From an uncultured Candidatus Saccharibacteria bacterium (GTDB lineage Bacteria > Patescibacteriota > Saccharimonadia > UBA4664 > CAZOQX01): a DNA stretch of 64,000 nucleotides. The position numbers and the translations under genes are program-made. Positions 46,721-55,718 of this stretch are shown one piece after another. The DNA lies in contig CAZOQX010000002.1 in NCBI GenBank assembly GCA_964582465.1, positions 7,379 through 71,378 on the forward strand, in the 5' to 3' direction. Within the stretch, counting starts at the first letter, position 1. Each line of letters opens with the position of its first letter. Below the pieces are notes generated by a model. It had not been told where the DNA came from and did no database searches. It was given only the letters and a program-made list of their open reading frames with translations.

Positions 46721-47407
46721 ATGCTGGAGTACAAGGTCCGTCTGTACCTCAACCCGTGGGGCGAGACAATCACCAAGGACGAGCTCCCGCGGATCCTGAA
46801 GCACGTCGCGGAGACGCGGGCCATGCACGTCGGCAGGCAGTTCGATCTCGGGCACTACAAGCGCAACAGCCTCGGACTCGCCATCCTGGACCCGACGGCC
46901 CCGATCTGGCGCCCAAGCACGCACACCCTGCTTGCGACCATCGCCATCGGCCCCGAAGGTGAGCGCTTTCTGCCGAACGCCGTGGCGAAGGCCGTGGAGC
47001 ACCGGGACAAGGGCCAGCTCGCCGGCTACGGTGCCTACGTGGACTTGACGCAGACGGCCGACGGGGACTTCACCTATGGCTTCTCCTGCCGGGTCGACGA
47101 CACCATCGGCGGGGCCAGCGGCCAGACCGAGATCCAGGATGCCTGCGAGGCGGGCCATGCCCTGGTGACGTTCAACTACCTGGTGCGGCAGGCGCGTGGC
47201 CTGTGGCTGGCGAGTCGCCAGGGACACCCTCGATGGTTCAGCGACGCCGATCAGCCCGCTGCGAAGTACGTCTCGATGACGCAGGCCGGCGCGCTCACGA
47301 TCGTGACCTCCGACTCGTCGCAGGACAAGTCTGACGACGAGGACATCGAGCCGACGCGCAGCTCCACCGACGCCTACGACATCGGGCAAGGCACTGCCGG
47401 GCCCTAG
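46721..47407 (+). CDS. hypothetical protein, GlcG/HbpS (heme-binding)-like fold
   Basis: NAVAKA..G and IGGASGQ..QD..EA resemble the GlcG/HbpS pattern; TTGACC-17-TATAAA promoter, SD GAGGAGG. Confidence 0.6.
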   Translation: MLEYKVRLYLNPWGETITKDELPRILKHVAETRAMHVGRQFDLGHYKRNSLGLAILDPTAPIWRPSTHTLLATIAIGPEGERFLPNAVAKAVEHRDKGQLAGYGAYVDLTQTADGDFTYGFSCRVDDTIGGASGQTEIQDACEAGHALVTFNYLVRQARGLWLASRQGHPRWFSDADQPAAKYVSMTQAGALTIVTSDSSQDKSDDEDIEPTRSSTDAYDIGQGTAGP

Positions 47408-47426
47408 CGGCTCGGGCAACACATCA

Positions 47427-47474
47427 CAGGGCGGGTGGCTTCTCATCGGAGAGGCTGCCCGCCCTGGCTCTTTT
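47427..47474 (+). terminator. intrinsic terminator
   Basis: CAGGGCGGGTGGCTTCTC-ATCG-GAGAGGCTGCCCGCCCTG. Confidence 0.75.
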
Positions 47475-47526
47475 CAAGGATAATTTAGTTGACAAAATAA
47501 TGCTTATGTATTACGGTATTAAAGCT

Positions 47527-47625
47527 ATGACTAACGTAGTTACAACTAAATTCGTTACGGTAGGCCGAGTGCAGTATCTGCGCGCGGGTTCTTTCCGTAA
47601 CCAGGAGGCCCTAGTGCCGAGTTAA
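47527..47625 (+). CDS. putative leader peptide, 32 aa
   Basis: MTNVVTTKFVTVGRVQYLRAGSFRNQEALVPS just after TTGACA promoter, overlapping alternative hairpins. Confidence 0.5.
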   Translation: MTNVVTTKFVTVGRVQYLRAGSFRNQEALVPS

Positions 47626-47681
47626 CAAAAAGAGTTTGTTGGGGAACTTTTTATAGCTCGGCGCGAAACGCCGGCTTTTTT
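47616..47681 (+). promoter_or_regulatory. antiterminator/terminator attenuator
   Basis: GCCGAGTTA pairs with TAGCTCGGC, which competes with AGCTCGGCG/CGCCGGCT + T6. Confidence 0.6.
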
Positions 47682-47739
47682 GTTGTAAAAAGTTCTTTGA
47701 CAATCTCTCTATTCGCCATCTAGCAGAAAGGGGAAGGCA

Positions 47740-49527
47740 GTGAAGTTCGCAACTGTCAGACGGATGTGGCAGCTTTTGCGGGACGACCCCCTCAACGTAG
47801 AGCAGGTAACACGCCTGAAGCGAGTGGCACTTCGCACGCTTGGTTGGCTAATGCTAACCGAGCTAATGATCGTGCTTGCGATCTACCCGCTCAAGTACTT
47901 CTTCGATGCCATCGCCAAGCCCAACCAACGCTTCTTCGGCCTGAGCCAGGTGCCGTTCATGCTGGTAATCGGCGCCATGTCGCTTGCTACCTACCTGGCC
48001 ACGTCGCTCGCTAACTTCAAAAACGAGATCGGCCGCAATGAAGGGTCCTGGCTGTTCTACGTCATGGTGAACGATTTCGGCAACCGTAAACAGTTGTCGC
48101 TCGGAGCCGATTGGCACACCGAAAACTCCACGGGCGATAAGGAGTCGGTGTTGTCGAAGAACCACAAGAAAGTCGACAACATGGTGGACTGGCTCATCTA
48201 CTTCATCGCGCCCTTAAGCTTCAAACTGGTCTTTGTGACTGTGGCACTCGCGGTCATTAACTGGCAATTTGGTCTGCTCACCTTGGTGACAGAGCTCGCC
48301 TTCTTCGCGGTAATTCGCCGCAACGAGCGGGTGATTTCGCCTTTGCGCAAGGAGCATCGGCGTTTCACTAAGCAAATTGAGCGGGAGGATTCGGAGCTTG
48401 CCGGGTCTGCTACCACTATTAAGGAGCAGGGTATTGAAGACAAGCTGGCTGACGACCATCGCTCGCTGGGCCGACTATTCCTGGAAACAGAGGGCGGTCG
48501 CTACAAGCGTTTCCGTACGCTCATCTGGTATCAGGATCAAATCCTGGACCTTTCACGCCTGGCCATCCTGGCGCTGTCGTACTTGAACTTTCGGCAGGGG
48601 CTATCGATTGGCAGTGTTGTGCTCGCGAACTCCTGGCTAGCTTGGTTGTTCAGCGATCTGTGGCGCTTCTCGGAGTTTCAGAACATTCTAAATCAGGGGG
48701 TCGAAGCACTAGGCGAACTAGTGGAGCTATTTGAAACCGAGCCGACCATTCAGACGCCGGCTCGCCCGCAGTGGCCGCCGGCTGTGCAGGGTCGGATTGA
48801 GCTGCGGCAGGTTTCGTTCGAGTACCCGCGTGGTCAGATCGCCCTCACAGACATTGACCTCACCGTCGATCCGGGAATGACGGTGGCTCTGGTCGGCCCG
48901 TCGGGTGGCGGCAAGACGACCTTGGCGCGGCTGGTGATGCACCAGTACGACCCCTCGGCTGGTGAAATCTTAGTGGACGGCGTGAATCTGCGCGACATCG
49001 ACGACAAGCGCTACCGCTCGGAATTACTCGGTGTGGTGGCGCAAGATCCAGGTCTTTTTAACCGCTCAGTGCGGGAAAATATCCGGATCGCAAAGCCCGG
49101 TGCGAGCGACGATGAGGTCTTGGGGGCCGCTCGTCAAGCGGCGGCGGAGGTCTTCATTCAATCCTTGCCTCAGGGCTTTGACACTCTGGTGGGCGAGGGT
49201 GGCGTGAAGCTTTCCGGTGGGCAGCGTCAGCGCATTGCCATGGCCCGGGCCTTTTTGCGTCGGCCGGCTATCCTGATCCTGGATGAGCCCACCAGCTCAC
49301 TGGATGCAGTGAATCAGCTGCTGATTAAGCAAACGATTACGCGGCTGGCCGCCAGTCGGAGCTCGACTATCCTGATCATCGCGCATCGTTTCAGCACCAT
49401 CGAGATGGCTGATCTGGTAGTGGTGCTGGAAGATGGACGCATTTCCGAGATGGGCACCCATGCTGAACTGGCGCGTCGGAATGGACTGTACATGAGACTG
49501 CGGCAGCTGGAGGGGCTGCTGGATTAA
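47740..49527 (+). CDS. ABC exporter, fused permease/ATPase (MsbA/Sav1866-like)
   Basis: TM domain, GPSGGGKT, LSGGQRQR, ILDEPTS, IAHR. Confidence 0.93.
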   Translation: MKFATVRRMWQLLRDDPLNVEQVTRLKRVALRTLGWLMLTELMIVLAIYPLKYFFDAIAKPNQRFFGLSQVPFMLVIGAMSLATYLATSLANFKNEIGRNEGSWLFYVMVNDFGNRKQLSLGADWHTENSTGDKESVLSKNHKKVDNMVDWLIYFIAPLSFKLVFVTVALAVINWQFGLLTLVTELAFFAVIRRNERVISPLRKEHRRFTKQIEREDSELAGSATTIKEQGIEDKLADDHRSLGRLFLETEGGRYKRFRTLIWYQDQILDLSRLAILALSYLNFRQGLSIGSVVLANSWLAWLFSDLWRFSEFQNILNQGVEALGELVELFETEPTIQTPARPQWPPAVQGRIELRQVSFEYPRGQIALTDIDLTVDPGMTVALVGPSGGGKTTLARLVMHQYDPSAGEILVDGVNLRDIDDKRYRSELLGVVAQDPGLFNRSVRENIRIAKPGASDDEVLGAARQAAAEVFIQSLPQGFDTLVGEGGVKLSGGQRQRIAMARAFLRRPAILILDEPTSSLDAVNQLLIKQTITRLAASRSSTILIIAHRFSTIEMADLVVVLEDGRISEMGTHAELARRNGLYMRLRQLEGLLD

Positions 49528-49552
49528 ATCCTGTGGTAATAAACTACGGGAG

Positions 49553-49584
49553 AGAGCCCTGCGTTTTAAGCGCGGGGCTCTTTT
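49553..49584 (+). terminator. intrinsic terminator
   Basis: AGAGCCCTGCG...CGCGGGGCTCT-TTT. Confidence 0.75.
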
Positions 49585-49652
49585 CTATTGACTAGGCTGA
49601 CTCAAAACACTATATTTTGGTCACTCGTTGACATCTGTTAGGGGGTGGGGAA

Positions 49653-50015
49653 TTGGTTCCGCGAATTGCCGCCGCTGCCTTAGCCGTCGCAGTAGCATGG
49701 GCCATGATTCTCCTGGTGGCCCAGGTCAATCAAGGTGAGGCAGAGCTGGCTGCTCTAGTCTTCTTCTCGCTGCCGTGCGGCCTGTGGGGATATTTCGTGC
49801 CGGCGGATTTGGAAAGCGCCTTCCTTTCCGGCGCCCTGACGCTGTCAGGGATTATCCTGCTGGTTGTGGCTATCTCGGGCGAAGTGAGCTGGCGAGGGAT
49901 GCGACTGGCAGGGCAGATGTTCATGGTGGGTGGCATTTCCGTGGGCCTGGCCTGTATTACCAAGCACCGTCTCCTGCGTGCACAGCAACTTTGGAGGGAG
50001 TCGAAAACACGATGA
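49653..50015 (+). CDS. small 4-TM membrane protein
   Basis: Four hydrophobic segments; G-rich SD before TTG. Confidence 0.6.
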   Translation: MVPRIAAAALAVAVAWAMILLVAQVNQGEAELAALVFFSLPCGLWGYFVPADLESAFLSGALTLSGIILLVVAISGEVSWRGMRLAGQMFMVGGISVGLACITKHRLLRAQQLWRESKTR

Positions 50016-50419
50016 ACGCCTACCGGTTGTGGTTGTTCTTGGCAGCACTTGGCCTGATCGGCGCCGTGATCCTGGTGTTCCACCCCTGGAGCAAGAGTCA
50101 GCACAAGTTCGCGCTGTCATTCCAGGAAGTGGTTCGGGAACACCTGGAGAAACGTGGGCTTTCCGACGACAGCATCGAGCGCTGGCTGGATTATCCGAAT
50201 GCGCAACTGCAAGGTCGGACACCCCGCCAGGTGCTTCAAGACGGGGACGGTCCACTTGTGCTGGATCTGGCCGACAACTGTCCGGAGGGTGTGCGCTTTC
50301 CTCACTTCGGCCACTCTCATCACATCCGGCTGGACACGGTGGGAAACCTGCTTCCTCTTAGCTCTCCGGACTGCAATCTCTCCGGCTGGGAGCTGCTGCG
50401 ATCGAGCAGAGGCAGGTGA
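50012..50419 (+). CDS. membrane-anchored protein with MbcA/ParS/Xre (DUF2384)-like domain
   Basis: SD GGAGG, ATGA overlap, N-terminal TM, RWLDYPNAQLQGRTPRQVL..G...V. Confidence 0.65.
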   Translation: MNAYRLWLFLAALGLIGAVILVFHPWSKSQHKFALSFQEVVREHLEKRGLSDDSIERWLDYPNAQLQGRTPRQVLQDGDGPLVLDLADNCPEGVRFPHFGHSHHIRLDTVGNLLPLSSPDCNLSGWELLRSSRGR

Positions 50420-50555
50420 GCGAAATTAGACTGGGCGGGGCAAAAGAAGCTCCGCCCAGGAGGGCCTCGAGGTAACTCGGGGCCGCCGCTGTTTTAAAAG
50501 GATTAATTGATTATAATCTTTGGAAGAGGTGCGCTCTTTGCAAAGAGAGGTAATT

Positions 50556-51860
50556 GTGAACACGCCCCTGGAAGAGCTAGTTGCACTGATCAGCAAGGGT
50601 TTGTTTGGCACGGAGCAATTTCTCCCGGTCGCTTTTGCGGTAAGCGATCGTCGTAGCGATGGCCAGCCATTTTCTCCTCGTGACCTTAACGCTCGGGCTA
50701 CGTCTGTGCCCAACATGCTGCGTCGTCTGGAAAAACTGGAGTTGATAGAGCCATATGATCAGCCCGGTGCACGCAAGCAGTACACTGTTTTCGATGGTCC
50801 GCTTTGGCGAGTTATTGAGGTCACTCAGGGGGCTCTGAAGGATATCAGTCTAGATCGGGGCTGGGAGCCGCCGGAGCAGCCGGGCTTTGGTCCGGCCAAC
50901 TGGAAGGATCTTGAGGAGTACTACCATTTCTGGGGCCGTTACACCACGGGCTCGTTGTTGCGTCTGGCCTACTTGATCTGGATCAGCCATTTGCCGGAAG
51001 CGGAGTTTTGGCCGACGGATCTGATGAGGTTAGTACCTCGGATGCACAACCCGATGAGCCAGCTCGAGGCGCTGGCGCGGCTGGAGATGGCGAGCGGCTT
51101 TAACGTCGATCAGCAGTGGGTACGTTTGCCTAATCCCCTCTGGGAGATCGGGGTGACATTGGGCGAAGTTTTGCCCGAGCTACTGGAGGAGAGGCGCGCC
51201 ATTTCCTCGCCCAGGCGATTCAAGCTGCCACCATTGCCCGAGATAAAGGATATTCCGATTGATCTGGAGCAGAAGATGGCTGGTCGCGGCGGGTTGGTCC
51301 CAGTTTTAGGGGACGACCCTCTAGTCCACATTGCTCCGATCGAAAAACGTGATATCGAGAACTGGAAGGTCCAAAAAGGGGTGTTCGTGAGAGGCGGCCC
51401 GACCAAGAGCAACGTGGTGGCCGCGAGCTCGCAAACACTGTGCAGGAAGCATACCTCTGAGCGCTTGAGTGCCGAGATCGAACCCGACTGCGAGAAGTGC
51501 TTAGCCGTAGCGCGATCCACTTACAACTATCGAAGTGCGACCGAGGTGATCGAAGTCCGCCGTGCCTACAAGGCTGCCATGGTCGAGGCCTACAACAACG
51601 TCGAGGTAGTCTATACTTACCGCGAGGTTATGAAACTAAGTTCGCTTGATCTACTGGTCGGTCATTGGGCCATCGTAACTGATGGAAACCTAATCGTCGC
51701 ACTCAGGCGAGTCGATCCCACCTACTACGATCTTGTGGCAGCTCCGCCTCTATTCTGGTTTTTTAGTAACAGCTGGGGGCGGATAGGCTGGAGCCTGAGT
51801 GATGCCTTCGACCCTGGTTGGCGAAAAAGAATTGGCCAGAGCCGAGAATCAGCCCGCTGA
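50556..51860 (+). CDS. hypothetical protein with two winged-helix-like repeats and Cys motif
   Basis: SD AGAGAGG before GTG; two ~85-aa segments ending in PLW; CRKH..CEKC. Confidence 0.6.
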   Translation: MNTPLEELVALISKGLFGTEQFLPVAFAVSDRRSDGQPFSPRDLNARATSVPNMLRRLEKLELIEPYDQPGARKQYTVFDGPLWRVIEVTQGALKDISLDRGWEPPEQPGFGPANWKDLEEYYHFWGRYTTGSLLRLAYLIWISHLPEAEFWPTDLMRLVPRMHNPMSQLEALARLEMASGFNVDQQWVRLPNPLWEIGVTLGEVLPELLEERRAISSPRRFKLPPLPEIKDIPIDLEQKMAGRGGLVPVLGDDPLVHIAPIEKRDIENWKVQKGVFVRGGPTKSNVVAASSQTLCRKHTSERLSAEIEPDCEKCLAVARSTYNYRSATEVIEVRRAYKAAMVEAYNNVEVVYTYREVMKLSSLDLLVGHWAIVTDGNLIVALRRVDPTYYDLVAAPPLFWFFSNSWGRIGWSLSDAFDPGWRKRIGQSRESAR

Positions 51861-51866
51861 AGTGTG

Positions 51867-51899
51867 CATGAGGCACTGCTTCGGCGGGCCTCATGTTTT
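51867..51899 (+). terminator. intrinsic terminator
   Basis: CATGAGGC..C-TTCG-G..GCCTCATG-TTTT. Confidence 0.75.
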
Positions 51900-52034
51900 A
51901 ATAATCACTTTGTAGTTAAAGCTACAACTATCCGCAACAGATCGAACAAGTTATTTCTGAAGCTTTTTGGTCCTATCTTATCGAGAAGTAGTAAAATTAG
52001 TGTTCAGATATACTGCTTATGCTAAAATAGCAGC

Positions 52035-53447
52035 ATGGAAAGTGCACAGGCACCGTTAAGGTGGAGTCGTGTCCGCAAGGTTCTGCATTATGGGCAGATC
52101 ACTCTTTCTGTCCTCATCCTTATTGCTGGCATCGGCGATATTGTATTTAAGCAGTATTATGCCCACCGCATTTACCCGGGCGTAAAGGTGCTGGGTTATA
52201 ACATCGGTGGTAAAACTCCGGCTCAGGCCGAGCAATATTTGAACCAAAAAGTGTCAGCGTACAGTCCGCAGCTGGTGATTGGAGAGCAAATCTACCCTCT
52301 CGATCCAACTAAATCGGGCGTCAGCTATAATATCTCTGCCATGGTGGCTGTGGCAGATCAGTATGGTAAGCACGAGCTGTTCGCGCCGTCGGCCTTAATC
52401 AATCCGCCTGATAGTCTAGGGACAGCCTACAACGTTGACCAGGCCAAGCTTAAAGCCTTCAGTGCTCAAATTATTACTACCACCAGGGTTGACCCAAAAA
52501 ACGCTACAGTGAAGCTCCAAGATAATCAACCGGTGGTGGTGCCTGAGTGCGATGGCGCCGCCATTTCCCAAAATGACCTGCTCGTAGCGATGGAGATTGG
52601 CTTGTCTAAGCATTACCAGTCAGTCGACGTCGCCCTGAAAAGCGTGCCGGCCCAGATCAAATCGACCGACTTAACGGCTACAGTCGTTGCCACCAAGCAG
52701 CTCCTGGCTGCGCCGCTGACCCTGACTTATCAAGACAGGGCGTTTAAACCAACTAGTAGCGAAATTGCAAGCTGGGTGGTATTTGCGAACGACCCACAGC
52801 TCAAGGACCAGGCCACGGTTGACCAGGGCAAGGTGGCGGAGTATATCAAACAGATAGCAAAACAGATTGACATCGCGCCGGTCAATAAAAACATCTCCTT
52901 ACAAAACGGGGTGAAGCAAGGGGAGAGTGGTGGGGTTAACGGTTTGGCTGTCGACCAAGATAGTATGAAGACGGCGGTGGTGGATAGCCTAATGAACCAG
53001 CATAACTTCACTCTGGCAGTCGCAACCAAGCCAGTAGCCTATAAGACGGTCACAAATAATACGCTAAGCTTAGACGGCAAATACATTGAGGTGAACTTGA
53101 GTAGCCAGCACCTGTGGGCTTATCAGGATCACGAAGTACTGTACAATTCGCCGCTAACGTCCGGCGCCGCCAAAGTCGGCTTGGGCACAGTCACAGGTCT
53201 CTTCAGTATTTACTACAAGACGACTAATACTCACTTGGTGGGGCCGGGCTATGATGTGGCTGTACAGTACTGGATGCCCTTTTACAAAGGCTACGGCCTG
53301 CATGACGCTGCCTGGCGTAATGGTATTTTCGGCGGACCCGATTACTTCTGGAACGGATCGCATGGCTGCGTGAATTTGCCGCTGGCCACAGCCGCCTGGC
53401 TTTACGGCTGGGCTCCTGTCGGTACGCCTGTCTGGGTGCATAACTAG
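52035..53447 (+). CDS. L,D-transpeptidase with peptidoglycan-binding domains
   Basis: IEVNLSSQ, YWMPF, GLHDA, GSHGCVN. Confidence 0.9.
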   Translation: MESAQAPLRWSRVRKVLHYGQITLSVLILIAGIGDIVFKQYYAHRIYPGVKVLGYNIGGKTPAQAEQYLNQKVSAYSPQLVIGEQIYPLDPTKSGVSYNISAMVAVADQYGKHELFAPSALINPPDSLGTAYNVDQAKLKAFSAQIITTTRVDPKNATVKLQDNQPVVVPECDGAAISQNDLLVAMEIGLSKHYQSVDVALKSVPAQIKSTDLTATVVATKQLLAAPLTLTYQDRAFKPTSSEIASWVVFANDPQLKDQATVDQGKVAEYIKQIAKQIDIAPVNKNISLQNGVKQGESGGVNGLAVDQDSMKTAVVDSLMNQHNFTLAVATKPVAYKTVTNNTLSLDGKYIEVNLSSQHLWAYQDHEVLYNSPLTSGAAKVGLGTVTGLFSIYYKTTNTHLVGPGYDVAVQYWMPFYKGYGLHDAAWRNGIFGGPDYFWNGSHGCVNLPLATAAWLYGWAPVGTPVWVHN

Positions 53448-53512
53448 TCGCCGTATAAATTACAACACTAGTTATTTCATATCTGTTAAGTTGGGCCTGA
53501 TATAATTGGCTT

Positions 53513-54499
53513 ATGCCTAAAGAGCAGTTTTCCGAAGAGTCTAATTACACCGCGGACAGTGATTTTGATCAGCCTAGGCGGCACATTCTGCGCAACGTCT
53601 TATTGGTGCTATTTGCAGTCTTGTTCTTGGCGCTTGGTGTCGTCATTTATAATCTCTCAAAAATTTCGGTTAATCCGCTTGGTTTCGGCCCCCTGGCCGG
53701 CTCCAGCGAAGGTCGGATTAATATCTTGGTCCTTGGCATTGGTGACCCCGGCCACGCCGGTCAAAACCTATCTGATACCACCATGGTGGTAAGTTTAGAT
53801 ACCAAGGACCATAAAGCCGCCATCTTTAGTCTGCCCCGAGATCTTCGGGTAAAAATTCCTGGTTACGGTTACGCCAAGGTTAATCAGGCTAATTCAATCG
53901 GGGGACCGGAGCTGGCTGAGCAAACTGTGGCAAATACCCTCGGTATACCCATCCATTACTACATGGTGACGGACTTTACCGGGTTGCGCGATCTGGTGAA
54001 CGCAGTGGGCGGCATCGATATTACCGTGAGAAAAGAGCTGTATGATCCGGAGTATCCCTGCGACAGTAATCAATATCTTGCCTGCGGCATTGATATCCAA
54101 CCTGGACAGTATCACATGGATGGGGGCTTGGCCCTCCAGTACGCCCGCTGCCGTAAGGGGACCTGCGGCAATGATTTCGGTCGCGCCGAACGCCAACAAG
54201 AAGTGCTGCAACAGATTAGGGAGCGTGCTTTTCGCTGGCAGACCTATATCGATCCAGCCAAGCTCACTGCCATTTCGGTAGCCTTAAGTCGCAGCTTAAA
54301 GACTGATCTAACTGTAGACGATATGATCGAAGTTGGCGCCCTGTGGCACCGGATTCCTCCCGGGAACTCTAAGAGTATTGTTTTTAGCGACGCTCCGGGG
54401 CATTTTCTAATGGGTGTACATGGCAGTAGCGATCTGGTCCCGGCCGATGGCAATTTTAGTCAGATTCAAAACTATGTTTCTAATATTTTTAGCCAGTAG
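53513..54499 (+). CDS. LCP (LytR-CpsA-Psr) family protein
   Basis: NILVLG, SDT, SLPRD, YARCR, DFGRAERQQ. Confidence 0.92.
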   Translation: MPKEQFSEESNYTADSDFDQPRRHILRNVLLVLFAVLFLALGVVIYNLSKISVNPLGFGPLAGSSEGRINILVLGIGDPGHAGQNLSDTTMVVSLDTKDHKAAIFSLPRDLRVKIPGYGYAKVNQANSIGGPELAEQTVANTLGIPIHYYMVTDFTGLRDLVNAVGGIDITVRKELYDPEYPCDSNQYLACGIDIQPGQYHMDGGLALQYARCRKGTCGNDFGRAERQQEVLQQIRERAFRWQTYIDPAKLTAISVALSRSLKTDLTVDDMIEVGALWHRIPPGNSKSIVFSDAPGHFLMGVHGSSDLVPADGNFSQIQNYVSNIFSQ

Positions 54500-54517
54500 C
54501 GAGCAGAAAGGGCAGCA

Positions 54518-54841
54518 ATGAAATACATTATGGCGCAGTACAAAGTTAAGTCGGGCAGGCAGGCCGAAGTTTGGCCATTGGTACGTGACTTTGTGGCGGC
54601 GGTTACGGCCAATGAGCCCGGCACTTTGTATTACGACGCCTACGTCCAAAAAGACAATGTGACGTTCGTTCACGCGATGGCTTTTCGCGACGCAGCGGCC
54701 GAAAAAATTCACACGTCGAGTGGCTACGTTAAAACATTTGTGGGCGCACTTTATCCACTTTGTGTGACGCCGCCGGAATTTTATGACATGAAATTGGTAG
54801 CCTCCAAAACGGCGCCGACCAAGTCTAAGCTAAAAGGCTAG
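54518..54841 (+). CDS. antibiotic biosynthesis monooxygenase (ABM)-like protein
   Basis: NEPGTLYY..FRDAAAEKIH pattern. Confidence 0.75.
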   Translation: MKYIMAQYKVKSGRQAEVWPLVRDFVAAVTANEPGTLYYDAYVQKDNVTFVHAMAFRDAAAEKIHTSSGYVKTFVGALYPLCVTPPEFYDMKLVASKTAPTKSKLKG

Positions 54842-54842
54842 T

Positions 54843-54876
54843 ACGAAAAAACGGCTCTTTCAAGCCGTTCTTTCGT
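54843..54876. terminator. bidirectional terminator
   Basis: ACGAAAAAACGGCT...AGCCGTTCTTTCGT. Confidence 0.8.
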
Positions 54877-55100
54877 GATTTTTTGTTTTGAGTACTTTTT
54901 TTGTACAAGTACCTATAGCTAATGTAATACAGGTGAAATCACACTGTCAATACTTTTTATGTTAAAAAGTCCAACTTTTTTTGTTGCATTGTGCGAACGC
55001 CAAATTTTGAAAGTCGCCCGCACGCAATGTTTGGCATTTTGGTGGCTAGCGTTTTTGCGGTGCGGTCTTTACAATCGCTAAGTTATGTGAGGAAAAAGTT

Positions 55101-55718
55101 ATGCGCGTAACGAAGTATCCGCAGTCATGTTTGGTAGTTGAAAAAGGCCCGACGAGGGTGCTGATAGATCCCGGCTCAATCGCCATGGGTAAACATAAAT
55201 TGGCCGATTTCGGCAAACTCGATGCAGTGTTGTACACCCACGAACACCAGGATCATTTCGACCAATCGATCTTGGATGATCTAAAGGAGCAGGGCATTAA
55301 AATTTACGCCAATGCTTCGACAGCCAAGCTGATTGGCGAGGGCGCGGAGGTGGTGCAAAGTGGTCAGAAATTCAAGGTTGGGGAGTTTGAAATCGAGCCT
55401 TTCGATCTGGCGCACTGCCCGATGGGTGAGATGGGCGGCGAGCCGCCGCAAAACACTGGCTACTTCATTGACGGCTACTTTTTTGACGCTGGTGATGGCT
55501 ATGAAGCCAGTGGCCGCACCGCCAAAGTTGCAGCCTTGGCAATAGCTGGCCCAACAATTACGCTCGACGGGGCCGTTAAGATGGCGACTGATCTGGGCGC
55601 AGATAAAGTAATCCCGATTCACTATGATTATTTCAAAAACGACCCACACGAATTTGCGGCCCGCTACGGCCCCGACAAGGTGATTGTGCTCGGTGACGGG
55701 GAAGAGACGGAGGTTTAG
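55101..55718 (+). CDS. metallo-beta-lactamase-fold hydrolase
   Basis: LIDPG, THEHQDH, AGD, IPIHYD. Confidence 0.88.
   Translation: MRVTKYPQSCLVVEKGPTRVLIDPGSIAMGKHKLADFGKLDAVLYTHEHQDHFDQSILDDLKEQGIKIYANASTAKLIGEGAEVVQSGQKFKVGEFEIEPFDLAHCPMGEMGGEPPQNTGYFIDGYFFDAGDGYEASGRTAKVAALAIAGPTITLDGAVKMATDLGADKVIPIHYDYFKNDPHEFAARYGPDKVIVLGDGEETEV

Noticed and set aside
46661-47446. 261-aa antisense ORF (and similar at 43622-44101, 4869-5297)
   Set aside because: Long antisense frames are expected opposite GC3-rich genes; promoter, SD and terminator support the other strand.
49775-50011. N-terminal extension of the DUF2384-like ORF
   Set aside because: It overlaps the upstream membrane gene; SD and ATGA coupling support a start at 50012.
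43551-51900. tmRNA-integrated genomic island or prophage
   Set aside because: No integrase, phage structural gene or duplicated ssrA 3' end was seen, and orphans lie on both sides of ssrA.
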